NCBI GenBank assembly: GCA_963744375.1
Contig: CAVUTH010000004.1
Span: forward strand, 483-64,482
DNA from: an uncultured Chloroflexia bacterium
GTDB taxonomy: Bacteria; Chloroflexota; Anaerolineae; Anaerolineales; UBA4823
Direction: 5' to 3'
Length of the DNA: 64,000 nucleotides
Shown here: in pieces, positions 62,657 to 64,000 of the stretch
Position numbering within the stretch: position 1 is the stretch's first letter
Layout of the letters: every line of letters begins with the position of its first letter
Program-made: the position numbers and the translations under genes
The notes under the pieces: model-generated
What the model saw: only the letters and a program-made list of their open reading frames with translations
The model's database searches: none
Told to the model about the DNA's origin: nothing

Positions 62657-62729
62657 CGCCCCCGGCGCGATTCGAACACGCGACCCCTTGCTCCGCAAGC
62701 AAGTGCTCTATCCACTGAGCTACGAGGGC
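62657..62729 (-). tRNA. tRNA-Arg (anticodon GCG), 73 nt, no encoded CCA
   Basis: The manual fold of GCCCTCGTAGCTCAGTGGATAGAGCACTTGCTTGCGGAGCAAGGGGTCGCGTGTTCGAATCGCGCCGGGGGCG is as follows. Acceptor stem is 7 bp (one G-U). D-stem is GCTC/GAGC. Anticodon stem is CTTGC/GCAAG with loop TTGCGGA. T-stem is GCGTG/CGCGC with loop TTCGAAT. Confidence 0.9.
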
Positions 62730-62876
62730 AGTATTATTGCGGAAAACGCAGCGGAGATTCTACCACACGTTGTTTGGTTTGCAGGGATTCATATCAACTC
62801 CTACGGCATTTCGGATTAATTTTGAATTTCTTCCGGAGCCTGGCTCAACCATATATCATAATCTCTGTTTTGTGTA

Positions 62877-62904
62877 CAAAAACAGGGATTATAAATCCCT
62901 GTTT
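62877..62904 (-). terminator. Rho-independent terminator immediately after the coiled-coil gene
   Basis: On the minus strand the sequence reads taa-aacaggga-tttataa-tccctgtt-tttgt. That is an 8-bp stem with a 7-nt loop followed by a T-run. Confidence 0.7.
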
Positions 62905-64000
62905 TATTGACAATCTAAATCTCCTTGATACGTCGAATCCTTCGACGCAATCACCCGCCCGTTGATATCCACGGCGTGCTGGTCGTCCACCGCCACCTGG
63001 GCCAGGCGCAGGCGGCGGCTGAGCTTCTTAAGGGCTTGCTGCGCCTGCTCTGGGGAGAGCGCTCCCTGGCGGGACTGTTCCTTGAGGCGGCCGGCTTCCT
63101 GCTCTACCCCGTCCAGCAGCTCGCGGATTTCCTGGCTGGCTTGCGGGTTGTCGCGGTAATCGCCGCTCAGCTTGCGCCAGTGTTTCACCTGCTCTTCGAT
63201 CTCGGCATCCAGGTTCTCAAAATCAGCCTGCTCGCGGACGGTGCGCTCGGTGGCGCGCTCGATCTTTTCGGCCAGCACCTGGTAGCGCGAGGACAGGCCT
63301 CCCAGCCGGGCCACCAGCTGGATGGCGCTGATCTGCTCCTCATGCGTTGCCTGCCACTGCTTTTCCAGCGCATCCAGCTCGCGGCGCTCGGCATCCAGGG
63401 AAAGGCTGACCGGCAGCCAGCCGGCCGGCTTGCGCAGCAGGCCCAGGGCGGCGTCCATTTGCTTTTGCGCCTGCTGGCGGTGCCCGCTGACCTGGCGGCT
63501 GATCTCCAGCACCGGTTTCTCTACATCGGCCAGCGCTTTTTGCGCCGCCTCGCATTTTTCCCAGTACTCGCACTGCCGCTTGAGCTCCAGGCCCACCTGT
63601 TCCAGCCCGTAGGCGGATTTTTGGCCTTTGACGGCCGAGTCGAAGGACGGGCCGGCAGCTACTAAACGCCGCGCTTCGGCCACGGCGGGGTCGTCCAGCC
63701 TGGCGACCTGCTCCAGGGTGCTGAGCGAGGCGGCCAGGGCGGTCGTTTTTGCGCGGGTGTCCTGGCGCAGCTGGTCCAGCCACTGGTTGGACTGCTCCTC
63801 GACCTGCTGCGTGAAGGCCTTTACCTGGCGGGATTTCTTATCCACCGTGCTGCGCTCGCTGTGCTCCAGCTCGTCTTGCAGCGCCTGCAAGGAAAACTGC
63901 TGGCGCTGGACATCCCGGGCGGCGACTCCCTGCACAAAGCGGTTGCTGCGCCCCAGCGACTCCAGCAAATTGAGAGTCACCTGGGCGCGGTCCAGCTGCT
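62904..64000 (-). CDS. Coiled-coil-rich hypothetical protein, C-terminal part (ORF open to the window edge)
   Basis: The Q/E/R/A/L-rich heptad-like sequence runs more than 350 aa. The frame stays open upstream of the listed GTG at 63980 (…QLDRAQVTLNLLES…), so the 5' end is outside the window. Confidence 0.6.
   Translation of the reverse strand, partial: QLDRAQVTLNLLESLGRSNRFVQGVAARDVQRQQFSLQALQDELEHSERSTVDKKSRQVKAFTQQVEEQSNQWLDQLRQDTRAKTTALAASLSTLEQVARLDDPAVAEARRLVAAGPSFDSAVKGQKSAYGLEQVGLELKRQCEYWEKCEAAQKALADVEKPVLEISRQVSGHRQQAQKQMDAALGLLRKPAGWLPVSLSLDAERRELDALEKQWQATHEEQISAIQLVARLGGLSSRYQVLAEKIERATERTVREQADFENLDAEIEEQVKHWRKLSGDYRDNPQASQEIRELLDGVEQEAGRLKEQSRQGALSPEQAQQALKKLSRRLRLAQVAVDDQHAVDINGRVIASKDSTYQGDLDCQ

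Noticed and set aside
61763-62698. The extended 311-aa version of the surE ORF.
   Set aside because: The first 43 codons run through the tRNA-Arg gene. The canonical SurE N-terminus (MESIEILLTNDDG) starts at 62569.
62657-64000. A tRNA-linked genomic island or integrative element next to tRNA-Arg.
   Set aside because: There is no integrase, excisionase, transposase or visible direct repeat of the tRNA 3' end in the window. Only a short low-GC spacer with a terminator is present.

Overview
This is a high-GC bacterial chromosomal window (most genes roughly 60-75% GC by eye). It holds about 55 protein genes and one tRNA-Arg(GCG). I found no rRNA, no CRISPR array and no recognisable transposase, integrase or phage genes. 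The protein repertoire looks Chloroflexota (Anaerolineae-like), but that is inference only. It includes a RodZ-like HTH+DUF4115 protein, GT87 and GT39 membrane glycosyltransferases, giant Pmp-like beta-helix/tandem-95 surface proteins and a cyclase-STAND-WD40 protein.

Layout:
- 0.5-12 kb: two giant secreted beta-helix proteins flank a WS/DGAT acyltransferase and a TM-DUF4332 protein.
- 12-24 kb: metabolism and carbohydrate genes (rnk, aspA, GH6 cellulase, a beta-helix hydrolase-like protein, a GntR/LacI-hybrid regulator, a lipoprotein esterase, DoxX, GT87), with a ~1-kb low-GC islet.
- 24.2-31.5 kb: an accessory conflict-type island. It contains an MNT with a HEPN stub, Doc/AbrB-type antitoxin, MntA/HepT, a ~1,450-codon adenylate-cyclase/STAND-NTPase/TM/14xWD40 gene, an orphan MNT and a HicB stub.
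- 31.6-52.5 kb: mostly housekeeping (lyxose isomerase + MFS, HAD, GT39, bisphosphate nucleotidase, rimO, rodZ-like, rplI, recO, marR + two ABC exporter genes, GIY-YIG, miaB, a fumarase/aspartase paralog, Trx-DUF2892).
- 52.6-58.7 kb: a ParB/Srx-like protein, an HtrA-like protease, a LuxR regulator with a degenerate receiver, a secreted 14-repeat 'YYD' propeller-like protein and a membrane C39-like peptidase-TPR protein.
- 58.9-64 kb: hutI, HD, IMPase, surE, the tRNA and a partial coiled-coil gene.

Dominant technical feature: at least 18 genes need one or more +/-1 frame changes to be read through. The breaks form dense clusters at 28.2-30.5, 38.0-39.4, 42.5-44.6 and 48.9-51.8 kb and hit housekeeping genes. 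I therefore treat most as probable assembly indels, unproven. Heavily broken genes are typed pseudogene 'as assembled', and lightly broken ones are typed CDS.

Best candidates for something new:
- the transmembrane cyclase-STAND-WD40 gene inside the toxin-antitoxin island;
- a shared C-terminal [LV][YF][LI]-P-[VLY][VI] tail on the three giant secreted repeat proteins;
- the C39-like peptidase / YYD-propeller gene pair.
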